A stretch of 64,000 nucleotides of DNA from an uncultured cyanobacterium (GCA_963710605.1 CAVQBA010000001.1:128001-192000), one strand, 5' to 3'; shown: positions 36,349-48,076, counted from the stretch's first letter. Notes: a model not told the origin generated them from the letters alone. Program-made: numbers and translations.

Positions 36349-38268
36349 TTACTCCATTCTTAACTGTGCTAGTTGTTTTAGTTTTGTTTTGATTTCGAGT
36401 ATTTCTTGATAATAACTATTGATTTTACTTCTATCTTCTTGTCGATTTAATTGACTAATTTGTTGCTTGTAATATTGTTCGTATATTTCCAGATTTACAG
36501 CTTCTAGACAAGCGATTGCTGAGGTTATATAATGACTTGGATTAATCGTAATTGGTCGATTGTTTTCTTGTAAATTAAATAAATGATTGAGCTGATGATT
36601 ATATTCTGGATAACTAACCATATTTTCTTGCAAAATTCGTAATAGATAATTATCATTATCTTGCTCGGCTGAAGGTAAAGAAGTTTGATGAATTTGTTGC
36701 CATAAAAAACGATGATGAGCTAAACTAAAAACCAAATCTTTTTCTTCTAATAAATTGACAATATTTTCTCTTTCTAGAAGACAATGAAGATAAATTACGA
36801 GCAAAATAAATTCTGCTCGATTGATTTTCTTATTATTAGTTGGAGCAAATTTATCTATTTTTTTAGTCGATTTTTTAGATTGATATTTATGACTACGTTT
36901 AGTGGCTAACTGTAAGCTTTGATATATATTCTTTAACTCTTGAGAATTAAATCCTGAAAACTGATTTTTTTTCTGACTTAATACTTCAGCACAATGAGAT
37001 AAATAATAATTTTTAGTAGCATCATTACTAATTTTATTAATTAATTGAACTAAACTTTGAAAAGCTAATTCAAAATCAGCACTATTACTTAAATCGTAAT
37101 TATTAATTGATTCTTCTATTTGCCAATCTAACCATAAAGGAGCATTATTTATTAACTCTTGATATTGCTTAATAGCGTCATCACCTGATTGCAAAAATTC
37201 ATCAGCATCTTTACCATTAGGAATATTTAAAACTTTTAATTTTACTTGTCCATTATAAACTAAATTCTCTACTTCTTTAATTGCTCTTTTAGTTGCCTTT
37301 AAACCAGCTTTATCAGCATCGAAATTAAGAATTATTTGTTTTGATTCTGTATAACGAGACAGTTGATTAATATGTTGTTTAGTTAAAGCTGTACCTAGCA
37401 CTGCTACTACATTTTCAATTCCAACTAAGTGCAAAGCGATCGCATCAAAATAACCTTCAACAACAATAACTCGATCGTGTTTAACAATATTTTTACTAGC
37501 AAAATCTAAAGCAAATAAAGTTTTACTTTTAGAAAATAATTCAGTTTCAGGAGAGTTTAAATATTTAGGTTCATTACCATCTAAACTTCTCGCCCCAAAG
37601 GCAATAACTCGACCTTTTTCATCACGAATAGGAATCATTAAACGGTTACGAAAATAGTCGATATAACCTTCACCTCTATTTTTCTTTTTAATTAATCCTG
37701 CTTGTTCAACTAATAATAAAGAAAAGCCTTTTTTTTCGACTAAATAATGATATAGTGTATCCCAACCATCAGGAGCATAACCAAGTGCAAATCGATCGAT
37801 ATTTGCACTAGTTAAATGGCGATCTTTTCGTAGGTAATCTAAAGCAATTTTGCCTTCTGCATTTCTCAAACTATATTGATAAAAATTAGCCGTAACTTCT
37901 AAAATTTCGTAGAGTTTTTCTCTCAAAGACATTTGCCTTTGAATTTCTTCTTGTTGCTCGACTCCTAATGTTTTAATCGGAATTTGATAACGTTGGGCTA
38001 AATCAAAAGTTACTTGCCGAAAAGATTGTTTGCCAATCTCCATCATAAATTTGATTGCCCCACCACCTTCACCACAACCAAAACAGTAATATACTTGCTT
38101 AACAGGATTAACAGTAAAACTGGGAGTTTTCTCGTCGTGGAAGGGGCATAAACCGCTAAATTCACGCCCTTTCTTTTGCAAGACGACGTAATCTGATACT
38201 ACTTCTACTAAATCTACTCTATCTTTAACTTCGGCGATCGTATCTGGATGTAGATTAATATTTTCCAC
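36349..38268 (-). CDS. dnaG: DNA primase
   Basis: CPFH...CFGC zinc finger, KYLNSPET, VEGYFD, FDADKAG. Confidence 0.96.
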   Translation of the reverse strand: MENINLHPDTIAEVKDRVDLVEVVSDYVVLQKKGREFSGLCPFHDEKTPSFTVNPVKQVYYCFGCGEGGGAIKFMMEIGKQSFRQVTFDLAQRYQIPIKTLGVEQQEEIQRQMSLREKLYEILEVTANFYQYSLRNAEGKIALDYLRKDRHLTSANIDRFALGYAPDGWDTLYHYLVEKKGFSLLLVEQAGLIKKKNRGEGYIDYFRNRLMIPIRDEKGRVIAFGARSLDGNEPKYLNSPETELFSKSKTLFALDFASKNIVKHDRVIVVEGYFDAIALHLVGIENVVAVLGTALTKQHINQLSRYTESKQIILNFDADKAGLKATKRAIKEVENLVYNGQVKLKVLNIPNGKDADEFLQSGDDAIKQYQELINNAPLWLDWQIEESINNYDLSNSADFELAFQSLVQLINKISNDATKNYYLSHCAEVLSQKKNQFSGFNSQELKNIYQSLQLATKRSHKYQSKKSTKKIDKFAPTNNKKINRAEFILLVIYLHCLLERENIVNLLEEKDLVFSLAHHRFLWQQIHQTSLPSAEQDNDNYLLRILQENMVSYPEYNHQLNHLFNLQENNRPITINPSHYITSAIACLEAVNLEIYEQYYKQQISQLNRQEDRSKINSYYQEILEIKTKLKQLAQLRME

Positions 38269-38339
38269 GGTGACATAGTATGAGTGAACTGATAATCAAA
38301 TTTTAACACTCACGATCGATCGTAATTCACAATCAACAA

Positions 38340-39201
38340 TTAATTTTCTATTTTCAATCCATATAATTTTGCCATTTTCCTAACTTCCTCAACCATTTTT
38401 TCTCTGACATTATCGGGAGAAATAATTTCACAGTTTTTACCGTAGGGTATCACTTCCCTGATTAACCAAAAAGGATTACTGACTTTTCTGATTACTTGAC
38501 GTATATCTCCTATCTCTTCGTTACTCATATCTTGGTCTTTTGCTTCGTAGGCTTTTACCATCCCACCATAAAAGTGTAAATACACTTTACAGAAGCCTAA
38601 TCCTTCTTTTCGCCATTTACTTTGTAATTTTTCAACACTTTTAATTCGATCGAGTCTCAAACAGCGATTATGAATAAGTTCTGGATAATCAGTATTTTTA
38701 ATATCTTCTGTTTCTTCACACCAAATGTTTAAGTAAGTACGCTTTTCTTGTCTTTTTATCTGGGCATACCTCACGGTATAAAGTAGTTTTTCTTCTTGAG
38801 CGTTTTCATAAGTTAAGCAAAAACATTGCTTTTGCTCAATATATTGTTCTAATTGCGATCGCCAACCGATTGCTGGTTGCTCAATGATACTTTGTAAAGA
38901 TAAAGCCATCGGGTTTTCTAAGTCACCATTGTTCAAAAGCAGATTAACTAGGGTTTTTGCTTCTTCAATCTCATCACGATTCGATCGAATTTTTAACTGA
39001 TTTTTCCAGTGCTTCTACTTGTTGTGGATTGAGTCTAAATAGTTTTTTAATTGTCGTAGAATCTGAAGCGATCGCTGTTATCAACCCAGAAATAGAAGGA
39101 CGATCGCCCCATGTAATATCTAATTCATCAGCTATTTTCTCTAATTTTTCTTTTGTCCCCGATGGTATTGACAAAGTAATTGTTTCTTTTTTTCTACCCA
39201 T
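38340..39201 (-). CDS. WYL-domain transcriptional regulator, divergent from the cas operon, split by a frameshift near 38975
   Basis: RHH-like start MGRKKETITLSIP...WGDRPSIS; EKRTYLNIWCEE, HNRCLRLDRI, FWLIREV-YG. Confidence 0.85.
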
Positions 39202-39213
39202 ACAAAAAATGTA

Positions 39214-39269
39214 TTGACATTTATAGTTTTTTTGTTATCATAGCAATATGATAATTACAATTATATCAT
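39214..39269 (+). promoter_or_regulatory. Sigma70-type promoter of the cas operon with a downstream palindrome
   Basis: TTGACA (39214) -N16- TATCAT (39236) with TG extension; ATAATT-AC-AATTAT at 39251-39264. Confidence 0.6.
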
Positions 39270-39299
39270 TTTGATAAGACGATAAGTAAAGTAAACATT

Positions 39300-39506
39300 A
39301 TGACCTTAGCTGATTTACTGCCATCAATTAAACAATTAAAATCCGCAGAAAAAATTAAATTGATTCGGATTTTAGCGGAAGATTTGGAAATGGATAAAAA
39401 TATTGAGCCTTTAAAAACTAATCACACTTACAACTTAGCAACTCCTTATAACAGTTATAGTGCGGCTGAGATATTAATGGAAACTCTCAATCAAGCAAAA
39501 GAGTAA
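39300..39506 (+). CDS. Small hypothetical protein paired with the aspartyl protease
   Basis: MTLADLLPSIKQL-AEKIKLIRILAEDL. Confidence 0.7.
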   Translation: MTLADLLPSIKQLKSAEKIKLIRILAEDLEMDKNIEPLKTNHTYNLATPYNSYSAAEILMETLNQAKE

Positions 39507-39511
39507 ATGAA

Positions 39512-39919
39512 ATGCGTTTTAAATATTCAACAATCAATTCATCTCAAAACGAATTAGATAGTCTTCCTCGTCTTCCTATCACTTTAACTTATGAAAATAG
39601 AAGTATTGAGCTTTTAGGTTTAGTTGACAGTGGTGCAACAGTGAATGTCTTACCTTACGAAATCGGTATTGATTTAGGTGCTTTTTGGGATGACAGTCAA
39701 AGAATTATTAGTTTGTCAGGCAATTTAGGTAATCAACCAGCTATTCCTTTTATTGCTACTGCAAAGATTGCTGATTTTACTTCTGTAAGATTAGTTTTTG
39801 CTTGGACAAAAACAACTAATGCACCTTTGATTTTAGGGCAAACTAATTTTTTTTATGAATTTGATGTTTGTTTTTATCAATCGAAATTTGAGTTTGAAGT
39901 GAAACCAAAAACAAATTAG
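39512..39919 (+). CDS. Retropepsin-like aspartyl protease
   Basis: GLVDSGA catalytic motif and PLILGQ-FF. Confidence 0.75.
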   Translation: MRFKYSTINSSQNELDSLPRLPITLTYENRSIELLGLVDSGATVNVLPYEIGIDLGAFWDDSQRIISLSGNLGNQPAIPFIATAKIADFTSVRLVFAWTKTTNAPLILGQTNFFYEFDVCFYQSKFEFEVKPKTN

Positions 39920-40114
39920 GAAAAGATTGAAAGATGAAATTAATGATTTTCTAAAAGAAAACAGGGAATTGATAGCATGATTGACATCAAGCGAAAACTA
40001 AGGAAAGACGGCTTTCCGATGTGGGAATATTCTAATAATAGTTGATTGTCGATCGAATTTTAAATTTGAAGTAACACCAATAACAGAATAAGTAAATTAA
40101 TTAAGGAGATTTCA

Positions 40115-40306
40115 GTGATGAAAAAAACACTTCCCATCGTGATGGTGAAATTAATGTCTGATGGTAATTGGCATTCAACAGATGAGTTAGTAGAAAAAAT
40201 TAGTCATCGTTTTTCGGCAACTAAACATATTTTGAAAAAACAAGGTTATCGATTTGAATCTCGTCGAATTGAAGGGAATAAATGTGAGTATCGTTTAGTA
40301 GTTTAA
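40115..40306 (+). CDS. Small putative winged-helix protein
   Basis: LMSDGNWHSTDEL...RFSA...LKKQGY; AAGGAG RBS. Confidence 0.6.
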   Translation: MMKKTLPIVMVKLMSDGNWHSTDELVEKISHRFSATKHILKKQGYRFESRRIEGNKCEYRLVV

Positions 40307-40350
40307 ATTTTTAAAATTAAGCCAAAATCTTAGTAAAGGAGGAAAAAATT

Positions 40351-40641
40351 ATGAATCTTGAATTACTTAAACAAAAACGAGCAGAAATTATTAATATTGC
40401 CAAAAAGCATGGTGCGTATAATATACGAGTATTTGGTTCGGTTGCCAGAGGCGAAGCCGATGAAAAAAGCGACATTGATTTTCTGATTGATTATGACATC
40501 GATAAAATTACCCCTTGGTTTCCTGTGGGGTTAATTCATGACTTGCAGGATTTCTTAGGTGAAAAAGTCGATGTTGTTACAGCCGATGGTTTAAAAGAAA
40601 GAATCAAACCAAGAGTTTTACAGGAGGCGATTACATTATGA
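40351..40641 (+). CDS. Minimal nucleotidyltransferase (MNT antitoxin family), no HEPN partner
   Basis: VFGSVARGE...SDIDFL...VDVV. Confidence 0.88.
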   Translation: MNLELLKQKRAEIINIAKKHGAYNIRVFGSVARGEADEKSDIDFLIDYDIDKITPWFPVGLIHDLQDFLGEKVDVVTADGLKERIKPRVLQEAITL

Positions 40642-43600
40642 CTAAACCAGACATTCAAAATATATTAAACGAATATATAGAGATTGTGATTCCAGCAATG
40701 TATGAGCAAAAATACCATCTAATATTAGCAAAAGGTGGTATTGATTATCCTTATCTGTGTGAGCAATCACATTTGAAACATAGTTTAAATGGTATTTTCG
40801 GTTTAATTGAAATACTTAAATTTATTCAATTAGAGAATCTTTTTGTTTATGGATTAAATGAGTCAATCATTCGTAAGGCTTTAGCATTGATTACTATTCA
40901 TGATGAGCACAAATTTAAAGATTATGAAAAAATTGGAAATTCAGAATTTGCAATTCCTTTAGAAAGACTTGAAAAAAAATATAAAACACTTAATTTAATT
41001 GATTTTGCAGGTGGATTGAATCCTCACATAATACGACATGGTAATGTCAGCAAAAGAAGTTCACATCACGGAGATTTATTATCTTCTGATGAAGAGCATG
41101 GAAGTTTACTGTGGTTATTAGTAAGAGTTGGAGATACTATTGCATCTGTTACCAGTGCTTCTGAAGCTGTAGTTTCATTAAGAAATTATTTAAGTGACTT
41201 AATTCCTGATTTTGCTAAAAAATATCAACTTTATTATCACGATTTGGGTGATATTCGGGGAGTTTTAACTAATTTAATTCATAGTACAGTAACTCAATAT
41301 TTAAGAAAACAATTTGGGTTTCAAGATATTGTTTATTTTGCAACAGGAACTCTTTATATAGGTAAAAAAGAAATTAATAATTTTGTAAGGAAATATTTTA
41401 TTGATAATCTTGTTAAAAATATTATTGATAATTTACAACCTTCAACAGAAATGGCTAAATCTGTTGCTAAAGATGGTGTAAGAGAAAAAAATTACGATTT
41501 TCAAGATTATATTTACAAATTATCTACTATCGAACTTTTACTAGAAATAATTTTAGAAACAACACAGACTATAAACAAACCTGATGGGAAAACTATAAAT
41601 AAAGATGTTCAAGCTATTGCTAAGAAAAAAACTACTCCTAATGGATGGTTAGATTCTTTTGAAGATAAATATAATGTATCATTAAATGAATCTGAAGATT
41701 TTCATAAAAGATGGTTTTTAGTAAGACGTTATTTATTATATGTTGACAATCTTTTAAAAGTACTTGTACCTGATTTAGATCAAGTTAGTTGGTTTTGTGA
41801 ATTATTTGAAATTTATCCTAATATAAAATTTAATATACAGGAAGAAAAACAATTATTTGCTAGTGGTGGTTTAGGTAAATATGTAATTATTTATGGTTAT
41901 CATTTTTTAAACGGCGTTGATTTTAAAAATAGATCAGCAGAATCTTGTGATTTTCCTAGAGTAATAGAATTACTTAATCAACGTATTGCTAATGCTGTTA
42001 GTAAAATTGATGATCGGGCTGGAAAAAACAAAATCATAGAAAAATTAGGTTTTAGAGAAGAACTAGGGAATTATTTGCAAGAAAATTTACTTTTATCTTT
42101 TTCCTCTAAAGTAAATTTAAGTGATGATTCATTTTCTGATTATGCTATCACTAAGAAAAAAGGACATTCAAATCAATTATGTTCTATTTGTAATCGAAAT
42201 AGTAAATATACCCAACCATTAAGAACAGGTATTTTAGGCGATTCAGGACAAAGTTTTTCCAATCGAGTTTTACCAGCTAAAAAAGTTCCTAATAATTTAC
42301 GTCCTTGGTGTCCAATTTGTCACTTAGAGTTTATTTTACGAAAAATCACAGGTTTGTCTTTACCTAAAGGTGCAGATTACAACAAATCTCGTCGCATCCA
42401 TCTTTATGTTTTGCCAACATTCTCTTTTACAGCAGAATCTATCAAGTTAATTGGCAGAGTATTAAAACCATTACAGGAAATTTCAGCCTTGCCCATCAGA
42501 GATTTTGGAGAAGAATCCCCGGATTACCTAATTTTTGGCTTAAAAATAGAAGTCTTGATCCTGAATGGATTGAGACGGTTATTGATGTATTTAATCGTGA
42601 AGCCCAAAGAATTGCTGAAAAACCTAATTATGTAGGAGAAAGATTACTTGCAACTCAAAATAATTTTAATCAAGAAGATGAAAATAATAAAGATGAAAAC
42701 AAAGCAAAACCACAACCTCATTATTATTTAATTCCTTGGGAGCGTTCAGTTTATGAAAGCGATAAAGATGATGCTAACATTCCCACTCGCACTGAAGCAT
42801 GGGCTAAGGCAACTTTTGCTGGTGTGATCATTTCTAGCTTAACCAGTAGTCGGGTTTATGTGACAGAACAACCATATTTATTTGTTGCCAATGCTTCTGA
42901 GTTAAAAGCCACTGTCACTCTTGATTCTCCACCACCGATTATTACTAAATTATTAGGTAGTGAACAAGACTCAAAACTTTGTAATCGTCCTGATACTATT
43001 AGTCTTTATGGAATGGAAAAGGGTTATAAAAGTGGCTTAGAGAGGGCATTAGATTTGTGTTCAGCTTTGTGGATGATTACCAGTAGTGTCCATCGTTCTA
43101 ACTCTCAAACTAAGGATAAACAGATAGCTCAAAGATTAGGCGACTTGCTAGTTAATCCCTTAGCCGGAGCTCATTTTTATAAAGAGTATGGGCGTTTAAA
43201 TGAGGATAAATCCCCATTTCTTTTACTTACTCAAGCTTGTGCAATTCTTTTAGAATATTTTGGAGGTGACTTAATGAATTTAGTGACAAAAAATTGCCGA
43301 GAAATCGTTACAAATTCGTCTTCCTTTTCGTGAATATGGAAGGGGAAAAGCTCATAATTATGAGTTAGTTTTACGAGAATCTGTTGATGCTATTCGAGGG
43401 GCTTTTCGGTTAATTTCTGAATTACGTCAAACAGCATTAACGGGTCAAATTCCTCCTGATGAAGCAATTACAGAGTTGAAAATCAAGCATCGGGAACGCT
43501 TCTAAAGGTATGGAAACACCGAAAAGCTACTAAACGAGGTGATGGTGTCATTAATCCTGAAGGCAAAGATTTAGGCGATTTAGTCGGAGAATTTATTGAT

Positions 43601-43790
43601 TTGATGATTGATGAAGTCTTTTTAGACCGTTGCGATCGAATCGTTTGCTCAATTCTTAAAACTAGAAAATAATCTTGCTGATGGTATTTATTATTACACC
43701 AATCGAAATGTTAATCAAAAATGGGAGGAATATAACGAGCTTAAAGCTAAAAACAAAGCTAAAAAAGATTCTGATAACCCCAATGATTAA
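40638..43790 (+). CDS. cas10d: Type I-D large subunit Cas10d (Csc3), several frameshifts in the 3' part
   Basis: N-terminal HD nuclease (EQSHLKH...IHDEHK), RGVLTNLIH, CSIC and CPIC, FSNR; fragments continue to TAA at 43790. Confidence 0.8.
43274..43790 (+). CDS. Putative Cas11d from an internal start in cas10d
   Basis: GGAGG at 43262-43266 followed by in-frame ATG at 43274 (FGGDL-MNLV). Confidence 0.6.
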
Positions 43791-43870
43791 GATACAAGCA
43801 AGATGCTTGTTTTACAAAACAATCTCAAAACTTGATTTAACTAATATTTATTCTTTAAGGAGAAACAACA

Positions 43871-44954
43871 ATGACTAGCAATAATAATCAATTTTCTACA
43901 CTTCAAAAATATGCTAAATATTTTGTATCTGAACCACCAAAAACACCTATGGGTAAATATGCAAGTATTCTTGTCTTACGAGAAACTAAATCCTACGCTA
44001 TTTTCACAACTGAAGGAGGTCAACAACAAGATATAGAAAGAACAAAAGCAGGTTTAAATAACTCGAATCCTGTAGATCGTTTAGTTATGTTTAAACGTAA
44101 ACAAGTTGCACCCGAAAGACGTACAGGAAAAGCATTGATGCGTCAATATAGTGTTTTTCCTTATGGCTTAGTCAAAAAAGAAAATAAATTTCAGAGTGTG
44201 GCTTATGGTGAAAATGCGATTGCAGAAGCAGAAGCTAAAAAGAAAGATAAAGTTAATATTAAATCTTATTCTGACTGCTATTTGACCGCAGGATTATGTG
44301 GACATTGCACTGATTGTATGACTTATGGTTATGCGGCGATCGAAGGTGAAGGTTCGCGCTCAAGTCGCATTATCACAGATTCATGTTTTACAGTGCGTCC
44401 TTATGCCTTAATTCAAAAAGGTTTGAAGTTTAATGTAATTGATGAAAAAACCCAAACTTCAGGGACAATAACTGAATATGATTATACTCAACCCGAAGTC
44501 TTTTTACCCTCAGTCGTTACTACCGTTGATTTAACCTTAGAAGAATTTGTTTATACTCTGATTAATCTTCTACGCACAACACGTTACGGGAAAGAAGCTT
44601 CACGTCAAGGTTTTATGCGGAATCACATTTTAGGAATTGCTTTTTCTGATGTGGAATTATTCTCAAATCTTGAATTTAGTCAAGCTTTTTATGATGTTTT
44701 TAAAGATGATGAAAATATTGATTTAATGAAGGGCTTTTTATCTTTACAACATTTTTCAGAATCATAAAAAGCAAATTATTCAAACATTAACAAGTAAGTT
44801 AAATGGACGGTTAAATATTATTAATAATTCTGAAGAATTAGAAGCTATTTTAGCTGAAATTCGGACATTAAACCAAGATGAAACTGCTTTAACAGAATTT
44901 TTACAAAATCTCAACACTCAATCTGCACGTTTTTCTATTGAACTTAATAATTAA
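43871..44954 (+). CDS. cas7: Type I-D Cas7 (Csc2), frameshift near 44760
   Basis: LVLRETKSYAIFTTEG, FKRKQVAPERRTG, CGHCTDCMTYGYA, TTRYG. Confidence 0.88.
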
Positions 44955-44956
44955 TT

Positions 44957-45767
44957 ATGGAAATTTATCGAGCCAAATTAGAGGTTTTGGATTACCTGTT
45001 TTATGCAACAACCGAGATTGGAAAAGTTTATGAAACAGGTGCATTTATTCATAATTACGCCTTATGTTATGGCTTAAAATTAGTAAATGCTCCTTATTCT
45101 CGTCAAATCCAAAAACCTACTTATGAACAAGACTTAAAGCCTTTAAAGGAATTAGGAATTTATATAACACCTGCTTATCCTTTGCAAATATCCTATCGTT
45201 TAATTCAATGGAATACCATTCAAGAAAGATATGGTTTTCACAGGGAAAGAGAAGAATATTGGTTATCCAGATTGGGGCTTTGCTCGTGTTATTACTCCTG
45301 AAAGTTTGTTTGAATTTTATATTTTAATTGCTGATATTCAAACACTAAAACATTATCCTCAACTAGAGCAATTAATAACAGAAAAAACTGGTTATATTCG
45401 ACTAGGTAAATTTTTAGCAAAATCAAGTTTGGCTTTAACAAAAGCTCAAGAAATAACCACAAAAAAAGGTTTATTTGTAGCAGGTATTACAGATGATAGA
45501 GGAAGATTACCATCAGAAAAAGGTCAATCATCTCTATTATTAAACTGGCGAGATATAACTCTTGATCCTTTTACTTGTGATATTTATCCTGCAACTTTAC
45601 CAACTCGTTTAATAGCTAATCCTAAATATGAAAATGCTAATTTTTATCATATTAATTTTGGAGATAAAGATGAAATTAAACTACCACAAAATATGAGTTT
45701 TGTTGCTCGTCCACTAACTAGCAATAACAAGAAAAATAAAACTGCTAAAAAGACAGAAAATGATTAA
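44957..45767 (+). CDS. cas5: Type I-D Cas5 (Csc1), frameshift near 45235
   Basis: LFYATTEIGKVYET...IHNYALCY, YITPA, YIRLGKF. Confidence 0.85.
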
Positions 45768-47877
45768 TTTAAACATTTCTCCTGTTACTTTAAATCAAGT
45801 TAATACTGATCAATGGCTAACAGGAAAAAAACCTCATGAATATCAATGGAAAGCTTATCAATTAATTCAAGAAGCTTTTAAACAAAAAAAAACATTATGT
45901 TTATTCTTAATAACTCCTACCGGAAGTGGTAAAACTTTAGCTTCTTATGCTCATAGTATCAAAACAGGTTTACCCGTGATTGGAGCTTATCCTACCAATG
46001 AATTACTAGCAGACCAAGAGAGGGCTTTATCTGATGAATATAAACAAACAGGTACGAATATAATAGAACGAATAGATAGCGAAACTCTAGATAGATTACA
46101 AATAGAATATGAGTTAAATCGTCATAGTCAAACTTTAGAGAAAATTCTGAATCAAAGACCAGTAATTTTAACCAACCCAGATATATTATTTTATGTGATT
46201 TTTGGATTATATCCAGCTATTTATAGTTTAAGGGAAAGATTATGGTCATTAGTTGGTAGTTATAAACTATTTGTTTATGATGAATTTCATTTATATAATG
46301 TTAAACAACAAGCAGATACAGCCTTTTTTATTGGTGCTTTAAATACGATTAAATCTGATACTCCTAGAGTGTTTATTTTTGCTTCAGCTACACCTAATTT
46401 AGAAATAGTTAACTTATTAAAAAATAAACTTAATTTATGGGTAGAAACCGTTGCTTCAACACCATCAAATCAAGACTCAGCTTATACTATTGCTCATCCT
46501 GTTAATTTAACATTAATTCCTTCTAATTTGGACAAATGGCAAGGATTAAAAACTTTAGATGAATCTTTTGATATTATTACATCTTTCAATCAAAAATATT
46601 CTGATTCTCGTTATGTTGGAATTTTTGATTCTGTTGCAGGTGCTATTGGTGCAGCTAAAAGTTTTAAAAATTTTTTTGAATTTGCTCAAGTAGGAGAAAT
46701 ACATGGTTTAAGTTCAAAAAAAATGAGGGAAGAATCACTAGCAAAAAAAGTAACTATTGGCACATCAACTATAGAAGTAGGTGTTGATTTTAAAGGAAAA
46801 TATGAAAAAGATTTTTTAATCTTAGAAGCAAGGACAAGTAGTCAATTTATTCAACGATTTGGACGTATTGCTAGACATAATAAATCATTAAATATTCCCA
46901 ATCAAGTTTTAGCACTTGTACCTGATTATGTTTCTAACTATTTTGAGGAAAAACTTACATCTGAGTCAAATATTACTCGTCAAGAATTAACTAATTTAAT
47001 CGAAGAAGCCTACCGTGATTTAGAAAACTTTGAACGTTATTTGAGTAAACATGCTTTAGTTGAGATGATTGAAGCAAGTAATTTAGTAATGAGACTATTT
47101 CAGGCAGATGTTAAACCTAGAATTAAAGATGGGTTAGCTAATGTAATAAAAAAACTAACAGGCAAAAGTTATGAACAAGCACAGGCTAGAAGAAAAGAAT
47201 ATAAAAATGAAAAAATATTAAATCCATTATTAACATTTAGGGGAAGTGGTTTAGAAGTAGCAATTATCGATAAACGAGGTGACGATGTAGGGTTTCCTAT
47301 AAAAAGATATAATCTAATGTTTATTTTAAGACGAGGTATTTTTGACGAAATTAGTCAAGATACTTTTGTTAAAAAGTTAGAAAAAATAGAACAACAGGAT
47401 TCTCAATATAATTATGAAATTCATCGTGAAAAAAGATTTTCTGAACTTACTAAGCCTTCATCTGAAGAATTGCTTGGAGTCTATGGATTTTTTCGTTTGA
47501 AAGGATTAATTGATGATGGTGATAAAACTAGACGAGTTTGGTTTGAAATCAATCAAGAAGATATTGAAGGAAAGTCTGGAAAAGTTACTGTTTTAGAAAG
47601 ATTATCTATTCAAACTGAACCTAAAACTTTTATCAGATTACTTCAAAAAGTGTTTCGCAAAAAACAGATAGTTGCTTGGGTAATCGATAAACATCCACAT
47701 AGTATTAAATTTGGTCGTTCATTACCTCCTTTATTTGCTATTTATGAATTGCAAGTAATACTTGTAGGTGGTGGTCATAGTAAACAATCATGGAGTATTG
47801 CTTTTAACCAAGATGCTTTCTTTTTGGATAGTCTGTATTGGAATCTAAACAAGTCTAATGATTTTATGTGCTGTTAA
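45760..47877 (+). CDS. cas3: Type I-D Cas3' helicase (no HD domain)
   Basis: PTGSGKT, YPTNEL, LTNPDI, DEFH, SATP, GTSTIEVGVDF, QRFGR. Confidence 0.9.
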   Translation: MINLNISPVTLNQVNTDQWLTGKKPHEYQWKAYQLIQEAFKQKKTLCLFLITPTGSGKTLASYAHSIKTGLPVIGAYPTNELLADQERALSDEYKQTGTNIIERIDSETLDRLQIEYELNRHSQTLEKILNQRPVILTNPDILFYVIFGLYPAIYSLRERLWSLVGSYKLFVYDEFHLYNVKQQADTAFFIGALNTIKSDTPRVFIFASATPNLEIVNLLKNKLNLWVETVASTPSNQDSAYTIAHPVNLTLIPSNLDKWQGLKTLDESFDIITSFNQKYSDSRYVGIFDSVAGAIGAAKSFKNFFEFAQVGEIHGLSSKKMREESLAKKVTIGTSTIEVGVDFKGKYEKDFLILEARTSSQFIQRFGRIARHNKSLNIPNQVLALVPDYVSNYFEEKLTSESNITRQELTNLIEEAYRDLENFERYLSKHALVEMIEASNLVMRLFQADVKPRIKDGLANVIKKLTGKSYEQAQARRKEYKNEKILNPLLTFRGSGLEVAIIDKRGDDVGFPIKRYNLMFILRRGIFDEISQDTFVKKLEKIEQQDSQYNYEIHREKRFSELTKPSSEELLGVYGFFRLKGLIDDGDKTRRVWFEINQEDIEGKSGKVTVLERLSIQTEPKTFIRLLQKVFRKKQIVAWVIDKHPHSIKFGRSLPPLFAIYELQVILVGGGHSKQSWSIAFNQDAFFLDSLYWNLNKSNDFMCC

Positions 47878-47978
47878 TTAATATGCCTCCTGTTAGTTTA
47901 ATTCGTAATGTGACCATGGAAGGAAAATATTACCAAGACTTTAATCTTCCTGTCAACATCAATTATCGCTTTCACTAA
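47877..47978 (+). pseudogene. 3' remnant of a second cas5d/csc1
   Basis: INMPPVSLIRNVTMEGKYYQDFNLPVNINYRFH* resembles the C-terminus of canonical cyanobacterial Csc1. Confidence 0.65.
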
Positions 47979-48076
47979 TTCTTTTTGACGACAATCCTAA
48001 TCTCCCTACACCACACAATATTGATAATTATCAGTCTGCGAATGATATTCAACCCCTACGACAATACATTAAAAAT

